A stretch of DNA of 64,000 bases, taken from NCBI GenBank assembly GCA_028534125.1, contig CM052817.1, positions 90,274,001 through 90,338,000 of the forward strand. Reading direction: 5' to 3'. The position numbers and the translations under genes are program-made. This document shows positions 26,286 to 39,018 of the stretch, in pieces. Source of the DNA: Lama glama. Lineage: Eukaryota. Under the pieces are notes generated by a model. It was not told the origin of the DNA and did no database searches. It saw only the letters and a program-made list of their open reading frames with translations. Each line of letters starts with the position of its first letter. Position 1 is the first letter of the stretch.

Positions 26286-26484
26286 CAAGGTCAGCAAACT
26301 TTTCTATAGAAGAACAGATAGTAAATATTTTATGCTTTGCAGACCATATGGGCTCTGTCACAACTATTCAACTCTCCTGTTGTAATGCAGAAGCAGTCAC
26401 AAAAAAACACAAACAGATGAGTTCAATAAAATTTCATGCACAAGAGCAAGATTTGGCCAGTGGGTCACAGGTTGCCAACCACTG
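26286..26484 (+). mobile_element. MER58A hAT-Charlie MITE
   Basis: 'caaggtcagcaaacttttct...gatagtaaatattttatgctttgc...gttgccaaccactg'; decayed 8-bp TSD acctagat/acacagat. Confidence 0.9.
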
Positions 26485-26875
26485 ACACAGATTATAATTC
26501 ATTTACTCAAGAGCTTATTATGAAACTATAAAACTAATAACTATTTAGGACTTTTAGTGTTGTAAATTATTTAATATAATTAAGGAGAATATAGATTTTT
26601 AAAATCATTCTAGGTACTAAAATATGTATAGATATAAAAGATTATAAAGAAGGCTAACTAATGGCTAATGAATATAAAAAGATTCTCAAATTCAATAATA
26701 TTGCCAGGTGCATGGCAAAATGAGTATAAAAGAGACATAGCTAAAGACTGGCTGCTTAAAACAAAAGGAAATTTGGTCAAAACTATGGTAGAAGTGACTC
26801 TTCTAGAGAACGATATAAAAATATAATCAACTCTGAAGCCCTAAAACTGATATTTTGAAATTTCAGTCCACTTCC

Positions 26876-28605
26876 TGTCATGGCATCAAAACCCAAGAGG
26901 AGTGCATGTTATCTTTTCAAATTAAAGTTCCTGCCAGATATATGCCCGGGAGTCGGATTGCTGGATCATATGGTAAGTCTGTTTTTACTTTTTTGGGGGA
27001 ATCTCCACACTGTTTTCCCATAACAGCTGTATCATACTACTCCTACCAACAGTGTAGGAGGGTTCTCTTTTCTCCACACCCTCTCCAGCATTTATTGTTT
27101 GTGGATTTTTTAATGATGGCCATTCTGACTGGTGTGAGGTGGTACCTCATTGTAGTTTTGATTTGCATTTCTCTGATAATTAGTCATATTGAACATTTTT
27201 TCATGTGCCTAATGCCCATTTGTATGTCTTCATTGGACAGTTGCTTGTTTAGGTCTTCTGCCCATTTTTGGATTGGGTTTGTTTTTTTTTAAATATTAAG
27301 TTGTGTGAGCTGTTTATATATTCTGGATATTAAGCCCTTGTCAGTCTCATCTGTTGCAAATATTTTCTCCAATTCCTTGGGTTGTCCTTTTGTTTTGCAT
27401 TTGGTTTCCTTCACTATGCAAAAGCTGATAAGTTTAATTAGGTCCTATTTGTTTATTTTTGCTTTTATTTCTATTGCCTGGGTAGACTGCCCTAGGACAA
27501 TGTTTCTGAGATTTATGTCAGATAATGTTTTGCCTATGTTTTCTTCCAAGACGTTTATAGTGTCTTGACTTATGCTTAAGTCTTTAAGTCATTTTGAGTG
27601 TATTTTAGTGTGTGGTGTGAAGTAGTATTTTAACTTCATTGTTTACATGCAGCTGTCTAGTTTTCCCAGCACCATTTGCTGAAGAGCCTGTCTTTACTCC
27701 ATTGTATGTTCTTGCCTCCTTTGTCAAAGATTGACTGAAAGTCTGTGGGTTTATTTTGGGGCTCTATTTTGTTCCATTAATCCATATGTCTATTTTTGTA
27801 CCAATACCATGCTGTCTTCATTACTATAGCTCTGTAGTATTGTCTGAAGCTTGGAAGGGTTATTCCTCCAGCTTCATTCTTCAGTATTGCTTTAGCAATT
27901 ATGGGTATTATGTGATTCCATTATAAATTTTAGGATTATTCTAGTTCTGTGAAAAATGTCCTGGGTAATTTGATATGGATTCTATTAAATCTAATATAAA
28001 AGATATATGCACCCCAGTGTTCATAGCAGCCCTATTTACAATAGTCAAGACATGGAAGCAACCTAAATGACCATTGATAGATGACTGGATAAAGAAGTTG
28101 TGGTATATTTGTGCAGTGGAATACTACTCAGCCATAAAAAATAATAAAGCAATGCCATTTCCAGAAACATGGATGGACCTGGAGATTGTCATTCTAAGTG
28201 AAGTAAGCCAGAAAAATACTATATGATATCACTTATATTGAAATCTAAAAAAAGACTGATGATGCCATACACATGAAAAGGGTATGAAAAATTGATTACT
28301 TTACATAATTGCAGCCCCTGGGGAGTATAGGGTAGTCTCTCAAGCAGGTCTGAAATGGCTTGAGAAAGCAAAGAAAGGAGATTGGCTTGGGTTTTTATCA
28401 TCTTTACAGGATAGGGCTGAAGTTGGGGTTCACATGTGAGAGGAGGCTTGCATAGTTTGAATCTCTCACCTGTGCCAAAGGAGGGCAACGCACGTCTCCT
28501 TATCAGCTTGATCAGATTGGGGATGCCAGGGAGACGAGGGAGGGGTGAGGCTTAAAGCTGTCAAAGTCAGACATCAAAATAATGGAGTCCATCTCCTCTT
28601 ATACA
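26876..28605 (-). mobile_element. ERVL-class LTR (MER54/MER74-like), split by L1 26899-28253
   Basis: 'tgtcatggcatc...acccaaga' joins 'gactgatgatgccatacac'; end 'aggggtgaggcttaaagctgtca...catcaaaataatggagtc...ttataca'. Confidence 0.6.
26899..28253. mobile_element. L1 with 5' inversion: 26899-27992 antisense ORF2 C-terminal part, 27993-28253 sense
   Basis: Antisense 'ggattgctggatcatatggta...tctccacaccctctccagcattt', then sense 'aaagatatatgcaccccagtgttcatagcagc...catggatggacctggag'. Confidence 0.9.
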
Positions 28606-28747
28606 TATCAATATACCCATACCATTATCAGCATTCAGTTAATTCATACATTAAATTGAAAACATACATAAAAAGAACATATATTAACTATATTGTAATT
28701 CTATCCCGTTAAGACATTCATAGCTAAGAACTTAGCAGATGGTTCTG

Positions 28748-28930
28748 TATCCATTTCTTAAACTTGGCTGCATATTGGAATTATCTTAGAAGTATTAAAA
28801 TATTACTGACTTTTATCTCACCTTCAGAAAGTCTGATTAAATTGGTCTGAATTAAGTCTTGGTAACTGGATTTTTAATAATCTCTCCAGGTGATTCTAAC
28901 TTGCATCAAAGCTTAAGCATCACTGTTTTA
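28748..28930. mobile_element. MER5B-like MITE
   Basis: 'tttcttaaacttggctgcatattggaattatc...tctccaggtgattctaacttgca...cactg'. Confidence 0.8.
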
Positions 28931-28939
28931 GAAGGGGTG

Positions 28940-30400
28940 TGTGTGTATCTGTAATAAACATAGGATCAAACTATTCATACAATTAATGTGCATTTTTCCA
29001 TTTAATACACCGTAGAACATCTTCCCATGCCCATAAATACAAGCATCATCAAAATGCCTAAAAGAATATACTGTAATTTCTATTTCAATAAGCCACTGTT
29101 GCAGAATATTTACATTATATCTAATGCATTATGCTTATAAAAGTATTTATGAATATCTTACATATATTCATGCTGCTTCATTTTTATAATTCCTAGTAAA
29201 AATTTTCTAGAAATAAAATCATTGGGTTAAAGTGTACAGATATGTTTGAGGCTATTGTTCTATCATTCCTCTAGCAGGAAAGAGGTTATACATTTCTCTA
29301 TAACTCTACCATTCTGGGTATTATCTATCCTTAAATTTTTGCCTGAAGATAGAAATAAAAATATAATTTGCCTAAATTTACTATCTTTTTGCATTCTGTC
29401 TCTGGTATCATGCTTAAAGAGGTATTTTTTGCTATTAGTTCATGTAAATAAATAGCCCACCATGTTTTTAAAGTTCTGTCAGTTGTTTTTTAGATTTAAT
29501 ATAACCCATTTGAAATGTATTTTAGAGTAGATATATTTTAAAAAAAACAAAAACTTCTGACTTTATTTCTTTCTTAACAGTAAATCAGTTTTCCCAAATT
29601 GGTTATTCAATCATTTTCAATTTGCTAAACTCAGAAAACTCATCTCTAAAGTGAGGAAATAATGATACCTACCTCACATGGTTTCAGAGTGGACTAAATG
29701 AGTTAATATATATTAAGTACTTAGAATAGTATACAGCCTATAATAAACACTCAGCATGCATCACTATTATTTTAATGATCATCATCTTCATGACAACATT
29801 TATTATGTAACTTAGGTCGATTTCTTGACTCTGAGTTCTATGGCATTGGTTAACATGTTTAACCTTGCCCCAGGACCTCACATTTCAATGGTTGTAGCTT
29901 TGACATGTAGATCTTTAGTAAATGAATATTCTCTGCTTTGTCAAAACTATTCCTGCTATTTTCGCATATTTATTCTATTTAAGAAACTTAAAATCGTGTT
30001 GTCAAATTCAAAAGAGAAGTTAATGAAATTTCATTCTGGGTTTTGATTGAGATTGAGTCAATTAGAGCAAGATTTACATTATTTACAATTGTTTATTCTT
30101 TCCACCTAATAGAACGGCATGCCTCTACCTGTTGTCAGGTCTTTTTATGCTGTAAATTAATGTAGTTTTCTTCAGAGAGGTCTTGCATATTCTTATTATG
30201 TTTCTTGCTAGGGATTTTACATTTTTATTGGATTGTCAAACGGTTGTTTTTTTCTGTTATATTTTCTAACTGTTCATACTTAGTATATATGGAGGATAGC
30301 TTTTTTATATTTACTTGTAACTGACTGACTTCACTGAATTCAAGGACATTATAATTCAAGTCTTCTCTTTGTATCAATAATGCTATCTGTAGCAGCTAAA
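28940..30400 (-). mobile_element. Old L1ME fragment
   Basis: T-rich antisense L1 phrases 'aaaatcattgggttaaagtg', 'cagttttcccaa', 'gggttttgattgagattg'. Confidence 0.6.
29630..29775 (+). mobile_element. MIR SINE
   Basis: 'ctcatctctaaagtgaggaaataatgatacctacctcacatgg...taaatgagttaatata...agtacttagaatagt'. Confidence 0.8.
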
Positions 30401-30707
30401 TCTCCATTCCAAATTAGGATGAGATTGAGAAGGAGGGCTGGATGAGGGATATAAACTCTTTTCCTTTGTTTCACCTTTAGGATTAAAAAGTGTGCTATCC
30501 CTTCTATTTAAGAAGTATGTATTTCTTCTTTTACAGAGCCAAATATTAGCAGCAACTAATTACTGAAAGTTTTAAGTCAAAGTGACTAAGCAAATACATT
30601 AATGTAGACTTAACTCACAAAATTAACCACTGCCATCCTTTTACCCTCACAGTTGTAGTCAGTATACCCCTAAAGTTTATTTTCATCAGTATATATTTGA
30701 AGTAAGG

Positions 30708-32111
30708 CAGTTATTCTCACAGTGTACTCCAATGGACTGCTAGGGGTGTCCAAACATTTTTTTTCTTTCAGGTAATCTGTGATATCAAAATAGTTTTTTA
30801 CAATAGCATTGTTACTTAATTTTTCACTGTGTTGCCATTTGCAATAATAGTGAATTATCCATAGTAAAACTGCTGCTACCTTAGCAAGAACCAAGGCAGT
30901 GGTACAGAGCTGCTAGGAATCATGGTGTTGTTCATACACTTGCAGATAAAACAAAACAAAACAAAAAACAATTTCAATTACAAATGCCCCGATGAAGTAG
31001 TAAGAAATATTGATGTGATTAAATCTCAACCCTTATGCATGCATCTTTTTAATGTTCTCTGTGACAGTGAGAAGAACACATAAAGCACTCTGCAGGGTAA
31101 TATGTTGGTTGACTTGAGGAAAAGCACTTGTATGATTGTCTGAATAGTGAGGTGAACTGGCCACTTTTTTCATAAGGCACCATTTTTATTTGAAAGAATG
31201 ACTCCAAGCTGATGGTTCTGCAGACTTTGGTATTTGGCTAATTACTTTCTTGAAAATAAATTCATGGAGCCTGTCACTTCAAAGAAAATAGCTTGACAAT
31301 ATTTGCAACAGTGATAAAATCTGAACTTTCAATTGAAAATTGGAATTTTGGAAAGCTTGTATCTGCCGCCACAAGCTTGATAACTTCCTAGTGTTTAAAG
31401 GCTTTCTGATGAGACTGATGATGATAGCAAATGTGTTTTTTATTATTATTGTATAAAGAAATCTATCAACATTTGGAATATCTACATAGCATAAGGAATC
31501 AATTATCCAAATGACCAATTTACGATATTACAAAACCGTATATGGGCAGACGATCCATTCAAAATGCATGAGCATTGAATGGATTTTAATGTAACAGAGT
31601 ACAAAAATTCACTGATGGTTTCAGATTCCATATCGGAGCTCATCCTTAAGAAACTATTGCTTGTCAAAGAAGGATATTCACAATTATCTGAAAAGTCTGT
31701 TAAAATACTCATCCCTTTTCCAACTACGTATCTGTGTAAGGCTGAGTTTCCTTGATACACTTCAGCCAAAGCAACGTATACAACAGGTTGAGTGCAGAAT
31801 TGGGAATCCAGATTTCCTGCTTTAAGCCAGCCATTAGAGGGATTTGACAAAACTGTAAAACAGTGCCACTCTTCTCACTGATATTTTTGTTAGGAAAAAA
31901 TGTAGTTATTTGCATAGTTTTTATTAACGTATCATGGATTTATTATTATCTTAAAGTTAATAAGTATTTTAAAGCTTTCTCAATTTTCTGATTGAGAATA
32001 CACTAAGTATTGATAGCTAAAACCTACATACACAGTTCTTTGCGATTTGGGACACTCAGTAGTTTTTAAGAGTGCAAATGGCTTTGAGACTAAAAAAACT
32101 AAGAACTAGTG
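30708..32111 (+). mobile_element. Charlie1-type hAT DNA transposon with decayed transposase
   Basis: Termini 'cagttattctcacagtg' and 'taagaactagtg'; internal 'ttgaggaaaagcacttg', 'caactacgtatctgtgtaaggctg', 'cagtgccactcttctcact'. Confidence 0.85.
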
Positions 32112-33094
32112 CTATAGGGGAAGGAAAGGATTATCCAGCATCATGGTGGAACTTAAACCTCAAACATAACAAATAGCATTTGATTGAACTTTTTCTGACT
32201 GTAAGAATGCCAATGCCCATGAGAAACTCAGATATCACTAATTCAGAGACTGTTCTAGAGTATCTAAGATGGTTTCCTTTGTGAATTTCTGATTTCATCC
32301 TTCCTTTGAGAGCCTTCTGCTCCTGGTTAGGACTGGAGGAGACTGTCCATGTCTCGGGTACAGTGTTGTGACTGTGAGTGGAGAGAGTCAGAGAAATACG
32401 TGCCATGGGGAGGCTTAGATTCTATTTGCATTTTGAATACTTACAACCATTGGTGACCTTCATAGGAACACACTACCTAAAGCAAAGTTTCCTGAGATAT
32501 TTAGAAGATTAGATTCCAGATATAATTATGGATTTGTTTACTTCTCTCAATTCTTTTATTATATTATTATTATTATTATTATTATTATTTTATTTTACTT
32601 TATATTTTGAAGCTCTGTTCTTATATGCATAAACTTTTTCATCTGTTATGTCTTCTTGATGAGTTGACCCCCTTTTTTTTTTTTATTATATAATGTCCCT
32701 CTCTATTCTGGTACTATTCCTTGTGTGATGTTAATATGGCCACTCCAGCTTTCTTTTGATTTATATTTCCATGATATTTAAATTTTTTTTCAATTCCATT
32801 TAAATTAGGCTAATTGTAGATAGTATCTCTTTGAGTCTCTTTTATTTGGTGTGTTCACAGCATTTATATTTAATGTAGATATTAATGACCATCTTGCTAG
32901 CTATTTTCTATCTGTTCATCTGTTGTCCACCCCTCCATTTCTGCCTTCTTTTGGATTGATGAGTTTTTATGATTTTATTTTTTCCACTATTGTTATTCAT
33001 GCATTTCATGAAAAAGTTTTCTGCCTTAGAGTGTACAATATATTTTTTTAAATTAGGAGTAGACTGAAACAAGTTAGCTGATAACATGTCACAT

Positions 33095-33243
33095 AGCAAT
33101 AGCACAGGGAACTATATTCAATATCTTGTAATGACCTATAATGAAAACGAATATGTATGTATATGTATGACTGAAGCATTATGCTGTACACCAAAAATTG
33201 ACACAACATTGTAAACTGACTATACTTCAGTTTAAAAAAAAAA
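33095..33243 (+). mobile_element. L1 3' end with poly(A)
   Basis: 'atagcacagggaactatattcaatatcttgta...cattgtaaactgactatacttcag' plus A tail. Confidence 0.9.
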
Positions 33244-33497
33244 GACCTTATACTGTAGTAAGGACCTTACACAGCATATTCCTAACTCCTTCCTCCCATC
33301 CTTAATACTATTGTTGTCATATATTTTACTCATATGTTATCAGTTTACAATAAGTCGCTTTCCTTTTTGTTTTAGTTATGTTCTATAGCAGTTAAATTTT
33401 TGTTTTATATTTACATGAATTCATGCCACCTTCAGTACCTTTATTTCTTTGATTTGATCCATCATCCATCCAGCAGTGCATATTGGGCCCCCAAATC

Positions 33498-34080
33498 TGT
33501 GTTAGCTTTCTATTGCTGCTTAACAGGTTACCACAAACCTAGTGACTTAAAATGACACTCATTTTTGGAACTAAAAAGAGGTTGTGGTTGCATAATATTA
33601 TAAATAAACTAAATACCACTAAACTGTGCCCCTTAAAATGTTAATTTTATGTTATGTTCACCATCTGTTGAAGCCAAGGATTTTCATTCCCTTAAGGAGC
33701 TGATTAGAGCCTGTGCAACTGAAGGTGATAAAAAAAATGGAGGTGAAAACAAAACGCACATTTATTATCTCATAGTTCCTTTGGTCAGAAGTGCAGATGC
33801 AGTGTCTGCTCAGGGTCATCAGGCTGAAATCACACTTTTGGCCAAAGCTACAGATGCATTTCAGGCTCTGGTCTATTCAGGTGTTGGCAGAATACAATTT
33901 CTCATGACTGTAGGACTGAGGTTCCTACTTTCTTGGTGTCTGTTAACTGGGGGCCATTCTTAGCAGCTGGAAGTGCTTGCCTTCCCCTGCAAACCATGGC
34001 AGTTTGCTCCTTCAAAGTCAACACAAAAATCCCTATGACTTCAGGATGTTGAGGGACAAATTTAGGATTCTATCTCCCAT
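33498..34080 (-). mobile_element. MLT1 LTR, interrupted by an L1MB 3'-end insert (about 33567-33750)
   Basis: 'tgtgttagctttctattgctgcttaacaggttaccacaaacctagtgacttaaaa' resumes at 'catttattatctcatagttc...tgtaggactgaggt'. Confidence 0.8.
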
Positions 34081-34342
34081 CCTGTGTTATCCACAATATA
34101 TCAGATGCTTCCCATTTGTCTAGTGCTTATTTCTTGTATTTGGAGCAAGATGGGTTTGGCAGGTTTTTCTTAATATCTGTTCCATCTATAGCTTTAAATC
34201 TTCCTTCAGTTACACTTCACAGAGTCTTTCTCCATGCTCTTGACCTTCTTCAGCAGTGAACTGCTATTATTTATAACTCAGATTATTAACTGGCTGGTGG
34301 AGGGGAAGGGAGTGGTTCTCAGTTGTCCTGGGTTACCTCTAT

Positions 34343-34820
34343 TTGGTATATTTGAATACTACTTAGCCATAAAAAAGAATAAAATAATGCTATTTGCAGC
34401 AACATAGATGTACCTGGAGATTGTCATTCTAAGTCAAGTAAGTCAGAAAGAGAAAGAAAAATACCATATGATACCACTTACATGGAATCTTTTAAAAATG
34501 ACACAAATGAACTTATCTACAAAACAGACACAGACTCACAGACATAGAAGCCAAACTTATGGTTACCACAGAGGGGACGGAAGAAATGGGGTGGAGGGAT
34601 AGATTGGGAGTTAGGGATTTGCAGATACAAACTACTCTATATAAAATAGATAAACAACAAGGTCTTACTGTATGACACAGGGAACTATGTTCAATATCTT
34701 ACAGTAACCTATAATAAAAAATATGAAAATATAAATATATGTATGTAAATGAATGACTGAAACATTATGCTGTACACCAGAAGTTGACACAATGTTGTGA
34801 ACTGACTATACTTAAATAAC
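34343..34820 (+). mobile_element. L1 3' end (ORF2 end plus 3' UTR)
   Basis: 'tactacttagccataaaaaagaataaaataatgctatttgcagcaacat...actgactatactt'. Confidence 0.9.
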
Positions 34821-36061
34821 AGATGGATGGATGCATGGATAGGCACCATGTCCCTGATTTTTGATTGTGGAGCCTTTTCAGTGCTCTTACCAATCTCCAT
34901 CTGTTGTGGGAGACCACTACTTATCTGGGCCCAAGATGTATTCCTGCCCCTTCCCTAAGGGTAGAAAGAATTATTTTCTGTTCTTTTCCTCCAGCTGGAT
35001 TGGTCTTCACTCTTGCCCTAAAGGTGATACGATTTGCTGCCCAACTTTTGCTGATTGAAGGCTTTTGGTTCACAGAGGATATGGAGGCTAGATGTATATC
35101 CTTCCTAGGAATACACCAGAAAAGGCGTTCCCCAAGAAATAGACCCAAGCTATCATGAGCTTATAGTGAGGTCTTTTGGAAAGAACCTGGAGTTTGTCAA
35201 AACTCCCCTTGTGTGTGTGTGTGGCTCCCAATACTTCTATGTTTTCGCATTCACCCATACACAAGATTTAGCCATTTATTAAAAATTTTGAGTGAGTTCT
35301 TATTGGTCTCCAAGGTGTCCCATGTTTACTCCAGGTAAGCAAATGCTAACCTCCTGTGTCTCCTTGGAGATGTCTGCTTTTCCTTATTATTGGCTTAGTT
35401 GGCTGCCTTGCAACCACAGCTCTCTGAGAGGTTCAAAAAAAGCTGTGATTTTGTAGATCATCTAATGCTATATTGTTATCAGAGTGGAAGCAATCCTCTT
35501 TTCAGCTTTTTACATCCTAGGAAAGTCCTCCGATTTTTGTTGGTATTGTTGTGAATCTCCCTTAAAAATAATTCCCATGAAGAGACTGAGTATATTTGTT
35601 TTATTCACCAAACCTGACACTTATCTGGTGAACATTATATATTTGTTGAATGAAGGAATGAAGATATGACTCCATGAATGAGTAGGTGACTGAGTCGTAT
35701 AGAGGAGATTTAACCGGAAGCTAATGGGAAAGCATAGTACATGAGGAAACTTGTAGCAATTCAGTAGAATAGTCAGGTTAGACAGAGAGCCATGTCATCT
35801 TCCACAATTCTGTGTGAAAACAAAGAAAAAGAGGAAGTAGTTTCTAGAAAATGGAGTTTGTAGGATCAGGACAGAGGTCAGGCACTTGCCTATTTAAGTG
35901 GCTGGCACTAAGAATGAATGTTCCTTTGGGGGGCTCATTACCTTGAGAGGAAGGAGAAAGAGAAAAATGGTACCCTAGACACCATAAAGGAAGGTAATGA
36001 GGTGGCTAGCTATTTACGTATTTTTGAATACTCATGGATTCAACCCTTGATAGAAGAACAA

Positions 36062-36432
36062 TATAGTGGTTGCTCTGATGAGCTAACCAGATCCCCTTTC
36101 AGAACCAAGCTAAGGCTCTCAGTCCCTAGCTGCTTGCATTATAGGCTGTCAACATGTCATAGCTGTGTTCCTCTGTAAACAGAAGCAATTACTCAAGGGT
36201 TTTCTCCCTGCCCATTCCCTTCCAACAATTGCACTAATGACCCCCATGCATTCCCCCTTCAGAGCTCTCTATGAGGTTGTTTGAGGTCCCTGTTACAATT
36301 GTATCACAGCTTAATTTGTGACTAATCTCACTTTCCTTAATCTCAAAGAAGTTGTTCTCTAGCATATTTTCAATATACTTCCCCCTGACTTATATCTTGA
36401 AAGCAGTTCCCTGGGGAAGCAAATCTGCAAGA
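36062..36432 (+). mobile_element. LTR16-like ERVL LTR
   Basis: 'tagtggttgctctgatg...ccagatcccctttcag' start; 'ttccctggggaagcaaatctgcaaga' end. Confidence 0.65.
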
Positions 36433-36534
36433 AGAAGGAACAATTATTTTCAAATCTTGCTAACTTGCAAACTTAGGATTGTTCATATATGGATTATTTG
36501 CTTAGCTGCTCATTGGTTCCAGAAGAAACTAGAG

Positions 36535-37011
36535 TGTGATAGGCTGAATCATGATCTCCCAACAATATTGACATCCTGGTCCCCAGAACCTGTGAACATG
36601 CTCCTTTACATGGTAAAAGTGATTTTGCAGGTCTGATTAAATTAAGGATTTTGAGATGGGGGATTATTCTAGATTATCCTGGTGGGTCCAAAATATTCAC
36701 AAGGGTCCTGTTTGGAGGGAGGCAAGAAGATTAGAACCAGATGGAAGATGATGTGATGACAGATGCAAAAAAAACAGAGAAATTCAAAGATCCACTGCAG
36801 GTTTGAAGATGGAGAAAGAGGCTAAAGCCAAGGAATGTAGGCAGCCTCTAGAATCTGCAAAAGGAAATAGATTTTCCCCCTAGGATCTGTGGAAGGACTG
36901 CAACCCTGCAGATCCTCCTTACATTTTAATCTTTTTGAGACAAAAAAAAATTTATTTTTAAGCCACTCAGAGTGTGGCAATTTGTTATAACGTCAATAGG
37001 AAACTAATATC
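36535..37011 (+). mobile_element. MLT1D MaLR solo LTR
   Basis: 'ccccagaacctgtgaacatg...gattaaattaaggattttgagatggg...agccaaggaatgtaggcagcctctaga...caataggaaactaata'. Confidence 0.9.
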
Positions 37012-37199
37012 CATGGTATTTGTTAGGAACAGAAAGGATGAGTCTTAGACCTCTCAAAGTATGATCAAAAGTTTAGAGATGGACCCAGGGAAATAAGACT
37101 GTTCATGTCATTTCTATTTTTATCAATTTATAGGATGATTATATTCTTTCCATAATAGAAAATGAATTTATAATTGAACTTTTAAAAGCATTACCATTT

Positions 37200-37364
37200 G
37201 GAGGAGAGAGTATAGCTCAGTGGTAGAGCAAATGCTTAGCATGCCCTAGGTCCTGGGTTCAATCCCCAATACCATCATTAAGAAAAAAAAAAAAAAAAAA
37301 GAAAAGAGACATTGTAAATCAACTACACTTCAGTAGAAAAATTTTAAAATTAAAAAAATTAAAA
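37200..37364 (+). mobile_element. Vic-1-type SINE carrying an L1 3'-terminal tail
   Basis: A/B-box head, A tract, L1 end 'acattgtaaatcaactacacttcag' (37309-37333), second A-rich tail; TSD cattaccattt at 37189-37199 / 37365-37375. Confidence 0.9.
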
Positions 37365-39018
37365 CATTACCATTTATATCTGTTCTGTCTCTTGCATCTT
37401 ACTTGTGGTGGGTAATTGAAATTTAGTATAGTGCATACATAAAAGTTGATCAGAAACAACATGGTTTTCAATTGCTTGACCGTGACCATGCTAACCATAT
37501 TACCACTTAATAGTTTGACTCATCTCATCCCTTTGGTGTTTGAATCCCTGGCTTCATATTCTGGCAAGTGACATTTTTAAAATCCCTCTCTGACCCTTAT
37601 TCTTGGTTTTTTGTCCAACCTTGATTTCAACTTTCCAGAAAAAGGAGGTAACAGTGGCCTAAATAAACCACATTCTTTTCAACATAAATGCTCATACCAA
37701 AATTTCCTGCCAACATTACATGCATGAGTTTTCCTCTCCTAAATGCATACCTTTAAATCTCTCTGAAATTGAGTGTTTTACCTGAAATACACTGAAAATC
37801 AATTAGCAATAATGGCAAATTTTCACTAGGAAGAAAGTTTATAAAATGTGAATGTGTGGAACAGATGGTTGCATTGAAAACTTACTTTTACCAAGTGCTT
37901 AGTGTAGAAGATACACCAAGAATTTCTCAAAGAACCATGATTATGATTGGATCATTTATAAAATTGTTCACCATATTATTTGGACAAATAATTTCATCTA
38001 TGCTTTTATAACGATAGTTTTCTTAGTGATCCAAAAGTTGTTCAGCTGAAATATTGGAACGATCAGGCATGATGTAATATACTCTTGTCTTCAGACTTAA
38101 GTTTCTAATCCCAGAGGTCATCTGTCTACTTACTCTTTAATAGACCTCAACATACTTTGCCAATATCTTAAGTTTAAATTTTTTGGAACTGATTTTCCAA
38201 TGATTCAGGTTTAGGTTCAATTATTATTATTAAATACCTATTATAAATAGGCCTTTTTATATACATGAGCTTAAAAAAGTACCTTACTGTAGATACTTTA
38301 TAAAGTTTTGTAATATGGCATTTGAGTCTAATTTATAAACAACAGGTAGGAAAAGAGATGCAGATGGAAAAGCAAAAGAAAGTAAATGAATTCTATGGGC
38401 TTTATATTGAAATTACTAATGTTTAGATGTTTCAATCACCTACTTGAGTTTGTTCATACAGGGGCAACGGCTCTGGTGTGCTCTGATGCAGGTGCCCATT
38501 TAAACAGCATGAAGATACTGGGATGGGCATACAGAGAGCAGAAGGTGTGAGTTTATCTTTTATTCTTGCCCCTTCTTTAACTATAAGCCTGTGTACAGCT
38601 TCCAGACTTCCGACAGAGTGAAGCTTGGCATTGTGATTTCATGAGCACCCTGCTTTGATGAACCAAGTTCACCAACCATAAACATCTAAAGTGTGGTGAC
38701 AGGTTCATTTGAGAAGGCCTTTGTTTCTGGGAAACATAAGAAAAATAATCCTACATTATTTGTGAAGCCTCTCTGAGAGCCCTGAGTGAGCACCCGGTTT
38801 TCTTAAGTGAGATAGAAACAATTTCCTCTCGAATTGCTAGGGCTTCCTCCCCTTGACAGGTACTCAATGAAAGAGACTAAAGCTGCTTTATGTAATTAAG
38901 TATTTGCCTGCAAGAGCCAGTCTGAGTCATTCCTCGTTTTAAATTGTTTCCATCTACTTCTTTGTGTCTCTCTAAGCTTCTGTTCGGTGTTCTGTCCACT
39001 TTTCTAACATATTCTTTT

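Larger units (their letters stand above)
32510..35530 (-). mobile_element. Old L1M (ORF2 start to 5' region), multiply interrupted
   Basis: 'ttttgaagctctgtt', 'gccactccagctttcttttg', 'ttagttggctgccttgcaaccacagctctctg', ending 'tttacatcctaggaaagtc'. Confidence 0.6.

Noticed and set aside
26855..27568. Hydrophobic 145-aa and 87-aa ORFs
   Set aside because: Antisense frames of L1 ORF2, a common false positive.
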